From contig JANLWW010000153.1 of assembly GCA_031364805.1 (NCBI GenBank), positions 206 through 64,205 on the forward strand: DNA of 64,000 nucleotides, given 5' to 3'. This stretch comes from Acidobacteriota bacterium (GTDB lineage Bacteria; Acidobacteriota; Vicinamibacteria; Vicinamibacterales; UBA2999). Both the position numbers and the translations under genes were made by a program. The notes beneath the pieces were generated by a model. The model saw only the letters and a list, made by a program, of their open reading frames with translations. It ran no database searches and was not told where the DNA came from. Positions 9,075 through 18,819 of this stretch are shown here, piece by piece; position 1 is the first letter of the stretch, and each line of letters opens with the position of its first letter.

Positions 9075-10213
9075 GGCGCCGTCGTCGCGGGATAGCCGAT
9101 GCGGATGATGCCGGCCTTGGTATCACCAACCGCGCCCTTCGTCAACCAATCCAGCGACGCCTTGAACATCAGCAGACGGTTGTTCTCCCACATCGCGTTG
9201 TGCGAGGAGCAACCCAGATCGATCAAGACCTTCTGGCTCGAACCGAGGTCGTCGTAGAGCGGCCGCACACGTTCGGGGGTGACCTGCTTGTCGTGAACTC
9301 CGGCGATGATAAGGGCCGGGATCCTAATGGCCGCCGCCATTGCGGCATTCCATCCCCAGGTGGTGGTGGAAGGTGCGCGCCGAACGCCGGTGCTCCAGGT
9401 TGCGCCGACCGGATCCGATGCGATCATGTCGGCCCACACGGCGTCGCGAACGGCGGGCTCGAACTGATCGGTGCATCCCACCTGGCGATCCCAATTGGCA
9501 ACGAACTCCGCGCGCGACTGGGTATTGAAGGCGACGCCGGCCCTGGGCAGCGAAGGCGCCGCGGTCTCGGCGCTCCGGTTATATGCGGGTGCGAGCAGCA
9601 CCATCGAACGAATCTTCTCTGGATGCTGCGCCGCATAGCCGCCCGCCCGTGGGCCGCCGAGCGACCACGCCACGAGGCTGACCTTCTCGACCTTGCGGAG
9701 GACGCGAATGTAATCGACGACCCCGTCGATGTCGTTCCAGTCGGAGGCGAGGTTGGTAAGTTGATTCGGGTACGGCGCCACACAAGGCGCGGCCATCAGC
9801 GCCGGCACCAACAGCTTTTGCTGCTCGGGCGAGAGATTGCACGGATCGTTCATCGGCCCCGGGCGCGTCGAGCGGCCGTAGCCGGTGGTATCCATGGAGA
9901 ACACGTCGAACCCGGCGCTGGCGAGATAGGCCATCCAGCTGTAGCCCGGCGCCGAGGGGTCGAAGGCGACCTCGGCCGGCGTGCCGGCGCCATGCACGAA
10001 GAGCACCACGCGATCGGCGGCCGGCGCCGCGGCGGCTGTCTGCACGCGCTCACGCACGTAAATGTTGGCGACCTGTCCCGCGATCGACGGCACCGTCGAT
10101 GTCACACGCACGTAGTGATCGACCGACTTCGGCGAATCGGCTGGCCGTTGCTCGGCCGACCCGGCCAGCACAGCGGTCGCGATCAATAGAGCGATGAAAG
10201 CGGACAGTCTCAT
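9071..10213 (-). CDS. Secreted alpha/beta-fold serine hydrolase
   Basis: Start set at ATG 10213 (MRLSAFIALLIATAVLAGSA signal). Nucleophile elbow VAWSLGG. The ORF-track N-terminal extension is rejected. Confidence 0.7.
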   Translation of the reverse strand: MRLSAFIALLIATAVLAGSAEQRPADSPKSVDHYVRVTSTVPSIAGQVANIYVRERVQTAAAAPAADRVVLFVHGAGTPAEVAFDPSAPGYSWMAYLASAGFDVFSMDTTGYGRSTRPGPMNDPCNLSPEQQKLLVPALMAAPCVAPYPNQLTNLASDWNDIDGVVDYIRVLRKVEKVSLVAWSLGGPRAGGYAAQHPEKIRSMVLLAPAYNRSAETAAPSLPRAGVAFNTQSRAEFVANWDRQVGCTDQFEPAVRDAVWADMIASDPVGATWSTGVRRAPSTTTWGWNAAMAAAIRIPALIIAGVHDKQVTPERVRPLYDDLGSSQKVLIDLGCSSHNAMWENNRLLMFKASLDWLTKGAVGDTKAGIIRIGYPATTAP

Positions 10214-10248
10214 GTGAATCCTCGCGCGGATTCTCTCACACCGTTCAC
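10214..10248 (-). promoter_or_regulatory. 35-nt conserved leader element, copy 1 (GTGAACGGTGTGAGAGAATCCGCGCGAGGATTCAC on the minus strand)
   Basis: 33/35 identical to 11252-11286. Abuts the hydrolase ATG. Contains the palindrome GAATCC-TCGCGC-GGATTC and GTGAA...TTCAC termini. Confidence 0.5.
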
Positions 10249-10363
10249 CTTCGCGCTTCAACCTGGCCAGTTCCGCCTTCATTCTTGTCGTCAACGCGTC
10301 CAAGATACGCCCCTCGTCCGGGCAGGGTCTGCCAACGGTCGAAGCCCACCGGTCAGCCACGTG

Positions 10364-11218
10364 CTACGCGCCGAGTTGGCCGGCCAGGTCGTTGAAGTCC
10401 TTCGCCGACAAGTCGACCTGCGAGTCAGCCTTCAAGTCGGGCTTGCCGTTCGGCCCGAACTCGAGTGGCCGGGCCACAAACGCGGTACGCAGTCCCACAG
10501 TTGTCGCCGCGCGCAGGTCCCCCGAGTGCGCCGCCACCATCATGACCTCGGCAGGCTTGAGGTCGAGAATGTCGGCGGCCGACTGATAGACCTCGCGATC
10601 GGGCTTGTAGCGGCGCACGAGCTCCGCTCCAAGAATGCAGTCCCACGGCAGCCCCGAGTGTTTCGCGAGGTCGGTCATCAGCGAGATGTTGCCGTTCGAG
10701 AGGGGCGCGATGGTGAAGCGCTTCTTTAACCGCGTGAGCCCGGCGACGGCGTCGGGCCATGAGCGCAAGCGGTGCCAGGCGCGATTGAGCGCGTCGGTCT
10801 CAGCTTCCGATAGCCCGGTGATGCCAAAGTCGATCAGGATCTTGTCGAGGATCATCCGGTGGAGGCCATCGAGCTTGGTCCAGGGCAGGTCGCCACTGCG
10901 GACGCGGTTCATGCTGGGCCCGTAGCCGGCGCGCCAGGCGTCGGCGAACTTCGCCCCGTCCACCGTCAGCCCCTTTCGTTTCGCCAGCTGCTCGACCTCC
11001 TCCGTCACCGATGTGCGCCAGTCAACCACCGTGCCGAAGGTATCGAAGACGAGGGCCTTGACCGATGACAGTTGCGCACCCGGCGCGGCGGCCTGAGCGC
11101 GGGTGGCCGAGACACCGCCGCCGGCCGCCAAGGGCGAGACGATCAACGCAGCGGTGCTGGCTGTCAGGAATTCCCGGCGTCGAATCATGGCACACCGATT
11201 GGTCATAGGGTCTCGCAT
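10364..11218 (-). CDS. Haloacid dehalogenase type II (HAD superfamily) with twin-arginine signal
   Basis: MIRRREFLTASTAALIV Tat motif, then VKALVFDTFGTVVDW (DxFGT nucleophile motif of L-2-haloacid dehalogenases). The start may be 11218, 11206 or 11188. Confidence 0.8.
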   Translation of the reverse strand: MRDPMTNRCAMIRRREFLTASTAALIVSPLAAGGGVSATRAQAAAPGAQLSSVKALVFDTFGTVVDWRTSVTEEVEQLAKRKGLTVDGAKFADAWRAGYGPSMNRVRSGDLPWTKLDGLHRMILDKILIDFGITGLSEAETDALNRAWHRLRSWPDAVAGLTRLKKRFTIAPLSNGNISLMTDLAKHSGLPWDCILGAELVRRYKPDREVYQSAADILDLKPAEVMMVAAHSGDLRAATTVGLRTAFVARPLEFGPNGKPDLKADSQVDLSAKDFNDLAGQLGA

Positions 11219-11251
11219 GATCACACCGCGGCGCCTCACAAACGGCCGGAG

Positions 11252-11286
11252 GTGATCCCTCGCGCGGATTCTCTCACACCGTTCAC
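11252..11286 (-). promoter_or_regulatory. 35-nt conserved leader element, copy 2
   Basis: 33/35 identical to 10214-10248. Lies 34-68 nt upstream of the HAD start and overlaps the stop codon of the nitroreductase gene. Its upstream edge (minus-strand sense; higher plus-strand coordinates) forms the perfect palindrome CGTTCACGTGAACG. Confidence 0.5.
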
Positions 11287-11951
11287 GTGAACGTCGCGAT
11301 CTCGGCCAGCGGCTTCTTGGTGATGTCGGGCACGGTCGCACCATCGGCCGGATGGCCGACGACCAGCACTAGGAACGGCCGCTCGCGCGCGGGCCGGCCG
11401 AGAATGTCGTTGAGAAATCCCATCGGACTGGGCGTGTGCGTCAATGACACCAGCCCCGCATGGTGCACCGCCGTGATCAGGATTCCGGTCGCGATGCCGA
11501 CAGACTCCTGCGTGTAGTAGTGCTTGACCTTGCGGCCGTCGGGCAGCTGCCCATAACTCTCCGCGAAAATCGCGATCAGCCACGGCGCGGTCTCGAGGAA
11601 CGGCTTGTGCTGGTCGGTGCCAAGCGGCGCGAGCGCATCCAGCCATTCCTGCGGCGCCTTGCCGTTGTAGAACGCACGCTCCTCTTCTTCAGCGCCGTCG
11701 CGAATCCTGCGCTTAATCGCCGGATCACTGACCGCCACGAAGTGCCACGGTTGCAGATTGGCGCCATTGGGCGCCGTGCCGGCCGCGCGGATGCAATTCT
11801 CGATTACCTCGCGTGGCACCGGCCGATCCGAGAAGTCACGGACTGTCCGCCGGCGCTTGATCGTCTGGTAAAAGGCCGCGGCGCGCGACTGCATGGTCTC
11901 GACATCGCACGCCTCGTATCCGGGCAACGCTACGAAGTTCACCATCATCAT
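11283..11951 (-). CDS. Nitroreductase-superfamily flavoprotein, iodotyrosine-deiodinase (IYD)-like subfamily
   Basis: [64 protein letters not shown] and [10 protein letters not shown]. From memory this closely matches bacterial IYD homologs. Confidence 0.75.
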   Translation of the reverse strand: MMMVNFVALPGYEACDVETMQSRAAAFYQTIKRRRTVRDFSDRPVPREVIENCIRAAGTAPNGANLQPWHFVAVSDPAIKRRIRDGAEEEERAFYNGKAPQEWLDALAPLGTDQHKPFLETAPWLIAIFAESYGQLPDGRKVKHYYTQESVGIATGILITAVHHAGLVSLTHTPSPMGFLNDILGRPARERPFLVLVVGHPADGATVPDITKKPLAEIATFT

Positions 11952-12028
11952 GCTCCTAGTCGTTGTCGAACGAGCCGCCCTTGCCCGGCATGCGGCGCAG
12001 CATCGTCTTGAAGCGTCTGGTGATCACA

Positions 12029-12553
12029 TCAACGGTCCATGATCGGCAGGTACTGGCGCCACGGGCCGACCTCGTCGCGGTAGCGCTTGGCCATGACGCG
12101 GGTGGTCTGCGCGAGGTGCCCGAGATCGTGCGCGACCCAGGTCGCCAGCAGTTGGCGCAGTGTCACCCGGCCCAATGCCGGGTGCTCGCCTTCAAGCTGC
12201 AACTGCGGTTCCGACAGGTGCCAACTCCGTAACGTGAGCACGTTCGCGGCCCGCAGTGCGGAGAACTCGTCGAGTAAATTGACCAGCGTCTTGCCGGCGC
12301 TCTCGCGAGTTTGCGCGAAACGATCGTACGGTTCGAAGCGTCGATCGTCGCCCTGCGCCATGATGATACGAGCACGCGGAATCCAGTCCGTGCGTTCGCC
12401 GTGAATCAAGTGACCGAGATTGTCGAACGGGCTGAAGGTATCCGGCCCTTCATTGCAGGTGATCCACGCATCTGGAAGGCCCGACAGCAACGCCCGGAAC
12501 GTGGCCGGCGTTTGCTCGAGAACGGCAACGCCTTCGGTGACCTCGAAAGCCAT
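12029..12553 (-). CDS. DinB family (DinB_2) metal-dependent protein
   Basis: Starts at ATG 12553, preceded by GGAGGGAAG. MAFEVTEG...LLATWVAHDLGHLAQ. The long ORF-track N-terminus overlaps the DUF885 gene and is rejected. Confidence 0.75.
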   Translation of the reverse strand: MAFEVTEGVAVLEQTPATFRALLSGLPDAWITCNEGPDTFSPFDNLGHLIHGERTDWIPRARIIMAQGDDRRFEPYDRFAQTRESAGKTLVNLLDEFSALRAANVLTLRSWHLSEPQLQLEGEHPALGRVTLRQLLATWVAHDLGHLAQTTRVMAKRYRDEVGPWRQYLPIMDR

Positions 12554-12572
12554 CACGATTACTTCCCTCCTG

Positions 12573-14420
12573 CTAGGTGTTCGCCGTCGCAATGTACTGG
12601 TCGACGTTCTTCGCAAGCACGTCGAGTGGCACATTGCCGCCAAGCACCACGGTGTCGTTGAAGGCCTTGGCCTCAAATTTTGCCGCGAGTGCGCTCGTGG
12701 CTCTTTCGCGCTGGCGATTAATCTCGCTGTGGCCCACCTTGTATCCGCAGGCCTGTCCGGGCCATGAGCAGTAACGATCGACCTCGCTCGCGACCTCCAT
12801 GGGATTGGAACCGTTGATATCCACGAAGAATCGCACGCCCTGCTCGCGCGTCCAGCGTTTGGCGTGGATGCCGGTGTCCACCACCAGCCGGCAGGCACGA
12901 AACGCCAGCGCCTGCAGGTAGCCCAGTTGCCCGATGGGATCGCTGGCATAAGCGCCGAGCTCGTCGGCGAGTTGCTGGGCGTAGAGCGCCCATCCCTCGG
13001 AGTAGGCATTAAACGCCAGCAACTGCCGGATTAGCGGCATCTGATGCGTGTATTCGCCCTGCAGGATGTGACCCGGAATCGACTCGTGAAACGTCAGGTC
13101 AGCCAGACTGTACTTGCTGTGCAGTTCCGTCGTCCGGAGATTGATCCAATACTTCCCTGGAATCTTGCCGTCAATTGATCCGGCCCCGCCGTAGGCGGTC
13201 GGCGCGCCCGGTTCTTCTTCAGGGGGCAACCGCTTCACTTCCATGTTGGGATTGACCAGCGTGTTGAACGCCCGCGGCAACTGTGCGCGGATCCAGGTCA
13301 GTCTCTCTTGGATGAACGCCAGGATCTCCGCGCGGCCTTTGTCGCCCTCGGCAAACTGGTAGCGAGGATCCTTGGCGAGCGCCTGCATGCGCGCGCCGAC
13401 CGTGCCCTTGGTGAAGCCAGCAGTCTTCAAGATCGTGTCCATCCGGGCATGCAACTGTTCGAGCTCGGCCTGGCCCATGACGTGAACTTCGTCCGGCGTC
13501 ATGTTCGTGGTGGTCGACGCCTTCAGCGCCCATCGATAAAACTCGTCGCCATTCGGCCGCGCCCACATCCCCGCTTCGTCCCTGGCGACGGCGCGTTGCG
13601 TTTCGAGCTCGGCGATCTGACGGTCGAGCGCCGGCGCGATCTCCTGCACGGCAATCGTACGGGCACGCTCGGACCAGTTACCGGGGAAAGCCTTCGTCCG
13701 CCGGGCGACGGATTCGACCAGTGAGCCGCCTGCGCGCGCGCTCTTCGCCGACATCCGCATCTGCGAGAGCGCCTTGTCGATCAGGAACGCCGGCGGCACC
13801 AGGCCCTTGCCGCGTGCGGCTTGCATGCGACCGAGCTCGCCATCGAGTTGCTTACCGTACGACTGGAGACGGGAGAGGTACGCCTCCGCATCAGCGGCGT
13901 CGTTGATCGGATGGTCACTATCGAGAAAACGCGGCAGATCGAGATAGGCGCCGACGTTCTGAATCACGACGTACGGGGTATTGCGCCAGCTGCCGACGGT
14001 GATGTCGCCGTAGGGCAACGCCATGCCTTCGCTGGCGGTGGCATAGGCGCTGCGCACGACCTCCACGCTGGTGCGGATGGCGTGACCCAGGCCCGAGGTA
14101 TCAAACGCCTTGGCCCGTTCAAGATCCTGCCGCACGATGTCGGCAATCTTTCTCTGGCCGTCGGCAGACCGATCGGCCAGCTGCGGGCGTAGTGCTGCCC
14201 TCGCCCCGGTGTCGATGCCGAGCGTGGTCGCGCTTTCCGGCGCAAACCGGAGGTAGTTCTCACCGATCTGATCCAGCAGCGCGAGCGCGTCGGCGTCGGG
14301 ATTGTTCGCGATCGGCGCGGGCGTCGGTTGGCTGTTGCAGCCGTTCAGCAGAGGCAGGGCCGCCGTGGTGGCAATGGCCGCCAGGGCTTCACGCCGGTTC
14401 ATCAAGGGCCGCATCGTCAT
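12573..14420 (-). CDS. DUF885 family lipoprotein (Tat signal plus lipobox)
   Basis: MNRREALAAIATTAALPLLNGC. The HESIPGHILQ motif is typical of DUF885. 615 aa. Confidence 0.8.
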   Translation of the reverse strand: MTMRPLMNRREALAAIATTAALPLLNGCNSQPTPAPIANNPDADALALLDQIGENYLRFAPESATTLGIDTGARAALRPQLADRSADGQRKIADIVRQDLERAKAFDTSGLGHAIRTSVEVVRSAYATASEGMALPYGDITVGSWRNTPYVVIQNVGAYLDLPRFLDSDHPINDAADAEAYLSRLQSYGKQLDGELGRMQAARGKGLVPPAFLIDKALSQMRMSAKSARAGGSLVESVARRTKAFPGNWSERARTIAVQEIAPALDRQIAELETQRAVARDEAGMWARPNGDEFYRWALKASTTTNMTPDEVHVMGQAELEQLHARMDTILKTAGFTKGTVGARMQALAKDPRYQFAEGDKGRAEILAFIQERLTWIRAQLPRAFNTLVNPNMEVKRLPPEEEPGAPTAYGGAGSIDGKIPGKYWINLRTTELHSKYSLADLTFHESIPGHILQGEYTHQMPLIRQLLAFNAYSEGWALYAQQLADELGAYASDPIGQLGYLQALAFRACRLVVDTGIHAKRWTREQGVRFFVDINGSNPMEVASEVDRYCSWPGQACGYKVGHSEINRQRERATSALAAKFEAKAFNDTVVLGGNVPLDVLAKNVDQYIATANT

Positions 14421-14429
14421 GGGCTGATT

Positions 14430-15323
14430 CTAACGTCGGAACGTCCAGGCCAGGATGCGGCTTTTCTTCTGGCCGTGCGCCATTTCGAGCGTCTGGACGT
14501 CAGCGGCGTTCACGGCGTCCAACTGCTTGAACAGGCGTGGCAGGTGCTCGCTCCTTGAGACGAGGGTCGTGAACCATCGGCACAATTGGGGTCGCTCGGC
14601 GCTCTCGGCAATCATGCGGCCGACAAATCCCCGCTCACCACCTTCACACCACAGCTCACCCGCCTGCCCGCCGAAATTCAACGCCGTTGCTTTCGACTTC
14701 TTCGTGCCCAGATTGCGCTGCTTCCGGCGAGTCCCCTCGGCAGCCGCCTCGGCCGACTCATGAAACGGCGGATTGCACATCGACACGTCGAAGATCTCAC
14801 CCGCCCTGGTCACGCCGGCGAAACACGCGAGCGGCGAGTGCTGCAGCCGGCACTCGATCAAGTTGGCCACCGACGGATTGGAGGCCACCAACTTCTTTGC
14901 CCACTTGACCGCGACTGGATCAACTTCGGTGCCGACGAAGTGCCAGCCGTACTCGCACGCGCCGATCAGCGGGTAGATGCAGTTGGCGCCCATCCCGATA
15001 TCCAGGACGGCTACGGGCTTTCGCCGCGGCGTTGACGCCTGGCCCGCGCCGAGCAAGTCCGCGAGGTGGTGCAGATATTCGCTACGCCCGGGAATTGGCG
15101 GGCACAAGTAGTCGGGCGGCAGGTCCCAGTCGAGGCCGTACGCGTCCTTGAGCAGCGCCTGGTTGAGCGCCTTCACCGCCGCCGGATCGGCGTAGTCGAT
15201 CGAGACACTTCCGTAGGCATTGGGCGCGACGAATTCGGCCAGTCGTGGACTGCTCGCGATCAGTCGCCCGAAGTGGTATCCGGCCCGAAAACGGTTCCGC
15301 GGATGCAGCTGTTCCTTGACCAA
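14430..15323 (-). CDS. rlmF: 23S rRNA (adenine1618-N6)-methyltransferase
   Basis: HPRNRFRAGYHF..., DYLCPPIPGRSEY, DIGMGANCIYPL and CNPPFH motifs. Confidence 0.88.
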   Translation of the reverse strand: MVKEQLHPRNRFRAGYHFGRLIASSPRLAEFVAPNAYGSVSIDYADPAAVKALNQALLKDAYGLDWDLPPDYLCPPIPGRSEYLHHLADLLGAGQASTPRRKPVAVLDIGMGANCIYPLIGACEYGWHFVGTEVDPVAVKWAKKLVASNPSVANLIECRLQHSPLACFAGVTRAGEIFDVSMCNPPFHESAEAAAEGTRRKQRNLGTKKSKATALNFGGQAGELWCEGGERGFVGRMIAESAERPQLCRWFTTLVSRSEHLPRLFKQLDAVNAADVQTLEMAHGQKKSRILAWTFRR

Positions 15324-15340
15324 TTCGCTATCATCTTAGT

Positions 15341-16117
15341 GTGACCCTGTTGGTGCCATCGGCGCGACCCCACGACCATGACCTCGAGGGGCTACGCGCG
15401 CGGCTGAGCGCGCTCGACGCGGCGTATGCCGAAGAGAGCGCCACGGCATCTCGGACGCAGGCAGACCTGGCCGCGTTCAAGACCCGGTATCGTCACGAGG
15501 TCGGCCAGCTCCACGAAGAGCTTGATCGGTTGGAAGCTGATCTCGCCGAGGCCGAACTTGGCGAGTTGTTGAAGAGACCGCCCACTCCGCGTGCGCCTGA
15601 CGCTGCCCCTCCCCCGGAGCGCCTGGAGACGCTGCCACGCTTTGCCTCCGACGCCGTCCGCAAGCTGTTTCGCGATGTCGCGAAAGTGATTCATCCCGAC
15701 CTGGCAAGGGACGCAGACACGCGTGACCGGCGTCACTCACTGATGATCGAGGCGAACCGCGCCTATGCGTTGGGCGACGAGGAGCAGTTGCGCGGCATTC
15801 TCGAGGCGTGGGAGCGCAGTCCGGAAGCGATCGAGGGCACCGATGCCGAGGCCACACGCTTGCGCCTGGTCCGCCGCGTCGCCCAGATCGAGGAACAGCT
15901 CGCACTGGTCGCGAGCGCCCAGCAGGCGATGCAGGAATCGCCGATGGGGCGGTTGAAGAAGATGGTCGACGAAGAGGCCGCCAAGGGGAAAGACCTGGTG
16001 AAGGACATGGTCCGGCGCCTGAAGCGCGACATCCTGGTTGCCACCAACCGGCTCGACGCGCTTCGACCGCCCACGAGCGTCATTGCGGTTTCAGAAACGC
16101 CGCGATGCGATCGTTGA
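15341..16117 (+). CDS. J-domain-containing protein with N-terminal coiled coil
   Basis: LFRDVAKVIHPDLARD...ANRAYALGDEEQL (HPD motif). GTG start. Confidence 0.65.
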   Translation: MTLLVPSARPHDHDLEGLRARLSALDAAYAEESATASRTQADLAAFKTRYRHEVGQLHEELDRLEADLAEAELGELLKRPPTPRAPDAAPPPERLETLPRFASDAVRKLFRDVAKVIHPDLARDADTRDRRHSLMIEANRAYALGDEEQLRGILEAWERSPEAIEGTDAEATRLRLVRRVAQIEEQLALVASAQQAMQESPMGRLKKMVDEEAAKGKDLVKDMVRRLKRDILVATNRLDALRPPTSVIAVSETPRCDR

Positions 16118-17228
16118 GGAAGCGCAAGTCTGCCGGGTTACTCGCGGCCCCAGCGGTGTGGCCCCACAACGATGGAATCGGGGCGAACGTCACGCGCGGA
16201 ATCAACGCCTGCTCGTAGCGGGCGTCGGTGAGCGGAAAATACAGATCCGTTTCGGACGGCATGTATAACACGCGCGCCTTGATCGATCGCAGCGCCTGCT
16301 CGACGCTCCCGTCGAACCCTGGCGTGGTTCCCACGTCGTGACGCTGCCACGTCCTCGCCTGCAGGATGTAGTCGTTCGCGTCGGCGCTGAAGCGCTTCCG
16401 GAACCCCTGCCACGCCTGTTCGAACGTGGTCCCAGCCGGCGAGTTCGTGCGCCACAGCTCCTGGCGCCACCACTCCTGCGAATACAGCCATCCGGCCCAG
16501 ACCATGCCAAACGCTTCGAGGCCCTTCGCTGGTGGCGTGGTGTAGTCCCCGCCTTGCCACACCGGATCGGTCGTGAGCGCGGCGATCTGCCCTTCCAGCC
16601 GGACGAAGCCGTGACCGTAACATTTCGCCGTCCCCGACGTCGCGACGATTGCATCCATGAAAGTCGGATGACTCACGGCCCACTGAAAGGCCTGCTCGGC
16701 ACCCATCGAGAACCCGACCACCGCGCGCAGGTGCTTCACGCGCAGCTCGCTGGTGACGAGGCGATAAACCGCGGCGACGTTGTCGCGGATGGTCATGACC
16801 GGGAAGCGCGGACCGTGAAACGGCTCCGGCGTGTTGCTGGGCGACGACGACCGGCCGTTGCCGAACAGCTCCGTCAGGATCAGGAAATCGCGCGCCGGGT
16901 CGAACGCGCGATTCGGGTCACTGCCGCGAATCAGCCAGTTGTAACCGCTGAAATTCGCCATGTAGTGCGACGGCAGCAGGATGGCATTGTCGCCGCTGGC
17001 GTTCAACGTGCCGAGCGTCGTGTAGACGACTCGGGCTTCGGGCAGGACGATGCCGCTTTCGGTGCGGAAGTCGCGAATCACGAATTCGTGCCGTTCAAGC
17101 GGAGCACCGGACTGGGCCGCAGGCTGAGCCCCAGACACCGTGGCCGCGACCACCGACAGCAGAACCGAGAGGCTAAACCAGAGGAGGCGACGTCTCGTCA
17201 TCACAGGAGACTTTACTCCTGAACCCAT
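16080..17228 (-). CDS. Secreted alpha/beta hydrolase, homoserine O-acetyltransferase (MetX)-like family
   Basis: Signal peptide, then GFSMGAEQAFQWAV nucleophile region. 382 aa. Confidence 0.7.
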   Translation of the reverse strand: MGSGVKSPVMTRRRLLWFSLSVLLSVVAATVSGAQPAAQSGAPLERHEFVIRDFRTESGIVLPEARVVYTTLGTLNASGDNAILLPSHYMANFSGYNWLIRGSDPNRAFDPARDFLILTELFGNGRSSSPSNTPEPFHGPRFPVMTIRDNVAAVYRLVTSELRVKHLRAVVGFSMGAEQAFQWAVSHPTFMDAIVATSGTAKCYGHGFVRLEGQIAALTTDPVWQGGDYTTPPAKGLEAFGMVWAGWLYSQEWWRQELWRTNSPAGTTFEQAWQGFRKRFSADANDYILQARTWQRHDVGTTPGFDGSVEQALRSIKARVLYMPSETDLYFPLTDARYEQALIPRVTFAPIPSLWGHTAGAASNPADLRFLNDRIAAFLKPQ

Positions 17229-17356
17229 TCGCTGCCTTGACTGTGAACGCGCCGCCTCTTTTGCAGCCTGCGCGCTTACAGTCCGAACTGGCGAGGCATC
17301 AGCCGCGGCGCGGGCGGCTGCCGCGCGACGGCGCGACCAGCCACCCGCTCGACGAG

Positions 17357-17818
17357 CTACTTCAGCCTTCGAAAACGGGCCTCGGTCGACTGCCCCTGGC
17401 CGTTGGTCGCGGTCACGATCAAGACGTCGCCTTCGAGACGAAACTCCGACGTGCTTTCTCGTCCTTCGTTGTCCGGCGATGCGGCGCTAGCAGCCTTGCG
17501 AGTCAACTTGTTGCCGGTCACTCGATAGGTGCCGTACTGGCCCTGCAAGTTGTAGCGCTCCACCAACTGTTCCTTTGTCATCTCCGCCCGCGGAGTCGGG
17601 CTCTTTGCGCGATTCGCCGCGGCCGTGAACTGGACGTAGTGCCCATTGGCGTAGATCAAATGCAGCGGTGGCGTGGGCTGCTCCTGCATCGCTCCGGTCG
17701 TGACATTCTTGACGGAGACCTGCTCCCACGGACCGGCGACCGGATCCTTGGCCTGTGCGAATACTCCAATCGGCAAGAGCGACAACGCCAACACCGCAAG
17801 TCCGAGTCTCATAGACAT
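17357..17818 (-). CDS. Small secreted protein (lipocalin-like domain suspected)
   Basis: Signal [33 protein letters not shown]... beta-rich. Weak family call. Confidence 0.5.
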   Translation of the reverse strand: MSMRLGLAVLALSLLPIGVFAQAKDPVAGPWEQVSVKNVTTGAMQEQPTPPLHLIYANGHYVQFTAAANRAKSPTPRAEMTKEQLVERYNLQGQYGTYRVTGNKLTRKAASAASPDNEGRESTSEFRLEGDVLIVTATNGQGQSTEARFRRLK

Positions 17819-17949
17819 CTCCTTGGCGACAACTGGACGGGCGCCGCCGGCAGGCTGCCGATGGCGCGGTGATTATGTACCGGATATGTGTCCCCCACTT
17901 GGCTGATTTCAGGCGCTGGGCCATCACGACGCCGACCTCGTTCAAGGGT

Positions 17950-18176
17950 TCAGCGCGGTGCCGGAAGTGTCTGCGGCCAGTGAACACCATGGCCAGCCCG
18001 TGCTCATCGGCGGCGGGGATCACTTCCGCATCCTTCACTGATCCACCTGGTTGCACGACTGCGGTGTCGCCGGCTGCGGCGACAGCATGGCCAGGGCATG
18101 TGCGCCTCGACGACCTGATCGCGCTGCTGCACGAGCAGGGCGCCGAGAATGGAGCGATATTCGCTGCCGCCGAGCG
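17950..18176 (-). pseudogene. purH 3'-end fragment (duplicate with a 281-nt internal deletion and lost stop)
   Basis: 17959-18088 matches 20905-21034 with 128/130 identities. 18089-18176 matches 21316-21403 with about 80/88 identities. A 5-nt insertion (cgcgg) sits at the former stop. The two pieces are out of frame with each other. Confidence 0.85.
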
Positions 18177-18180
18177 CGCC

Positions 18181-18380
18181 GAGATGGACGTGCGGCCTGG
18201 TGGCATCTTCAGCATCGACATCGCCACGGCAGACGGCAAAGACGCTCCCAACCTCGGCTGCTTCCTGGACGTGGTTCCGATGGAGCGACTGGCCTGGACC
18301 TCGATGTTGTTCCCCGGCTATCGCCCGGCCGTCTTTGACGACAGTCCGATCACCGCCATCGTCACCATGGAAGCCGTCCC
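18181..18380 (+). pseudogene. SRPBCC/Aha1-domain protein fragment (N- and C-terminally truncated)
   Basis: [49 protein letters not shown]...[11 protein letters not shown] resembles the central part of COG3832-type SRPBCC proteins. It is fused directly to the antisense purH fragment. Confidence 0.5.
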
Positions 18381-18443
18381 GGTCGCCCGGTGCTGGGGGG
18401 GCAGAAGCGATAGGCGTGAAGCTGACCGCGCCGGGCAGCCTGC

Positions 18444-18815
18444 TTATTTCGCGGCACGCAGGATCTTCGCCATGGCCTTGCCCTTTGCCAGCTCGTCGAC
18501 CAGCTTGTCCAGGTAGCGAATCTCCCGCATGGTTGGCTCCGTGATGTCTGCCAGGCGAACACCGCAGATCACACCGGTGACCAACGTCCGATGCGGGTTC
18601 ATGCGTGGCGCCTCGGCAAAGAAGGTCTCGAAGTCGGTCCCCTGTGCGAGCCTGGCTTCGAACTCTTTCTGGCTATAGCCCGTCAGCCAGCGAATGATCC
18701 CATCGACCTCGGCCTTCGTGCGTCCCTTCTTCTCCGCCTTGGCCACGTAGTAGGGATACACGCTGGCGACGCTCGTGGTGAAGATCCGGTGCTTCTTGGT
18801 CGTGCTCGTCTGCAT
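18444..18815 (-). CDS. DUF2200 family protein
   Basis: [47 protein letters not shown]..., recognised from memory as DUF2200. Confidence 0.65.
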   Translation of the reverse strand: MQTSTTKKHRIFTTSVASVYPYYVAKAEKKGRTKAEVDGIIRWLTGYSQKEFEARLAQGTDFETFFAEAPRMNPHRTLVTGVICGVRLADITEPTMREIRYLDKLVDELAKGKAMAKILRAAK

Positions 18816-18819
18816 CGTT

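Noticed and set aside
12554-13009. N-terminal 150-residue extension of the DinB ORF (ORF track 12029-13009).
   Set aside because: It overlaps the well-supported DUF885 gene in another frame and is Pro/Arg/Ser-rich. An internal ATG at 12553 with a strong GGAGGG site gives a normal-length DinB protein.
17487-18516. ORFs 17487-18251 (minus) and 17869-18516 (plus), taken at face value as genes.
   Set aside because: Both are chimeras reading through the purH fragment, the lipocalin-like gene or the SRPBCC fragment. They are better explained as pseudogene debris.
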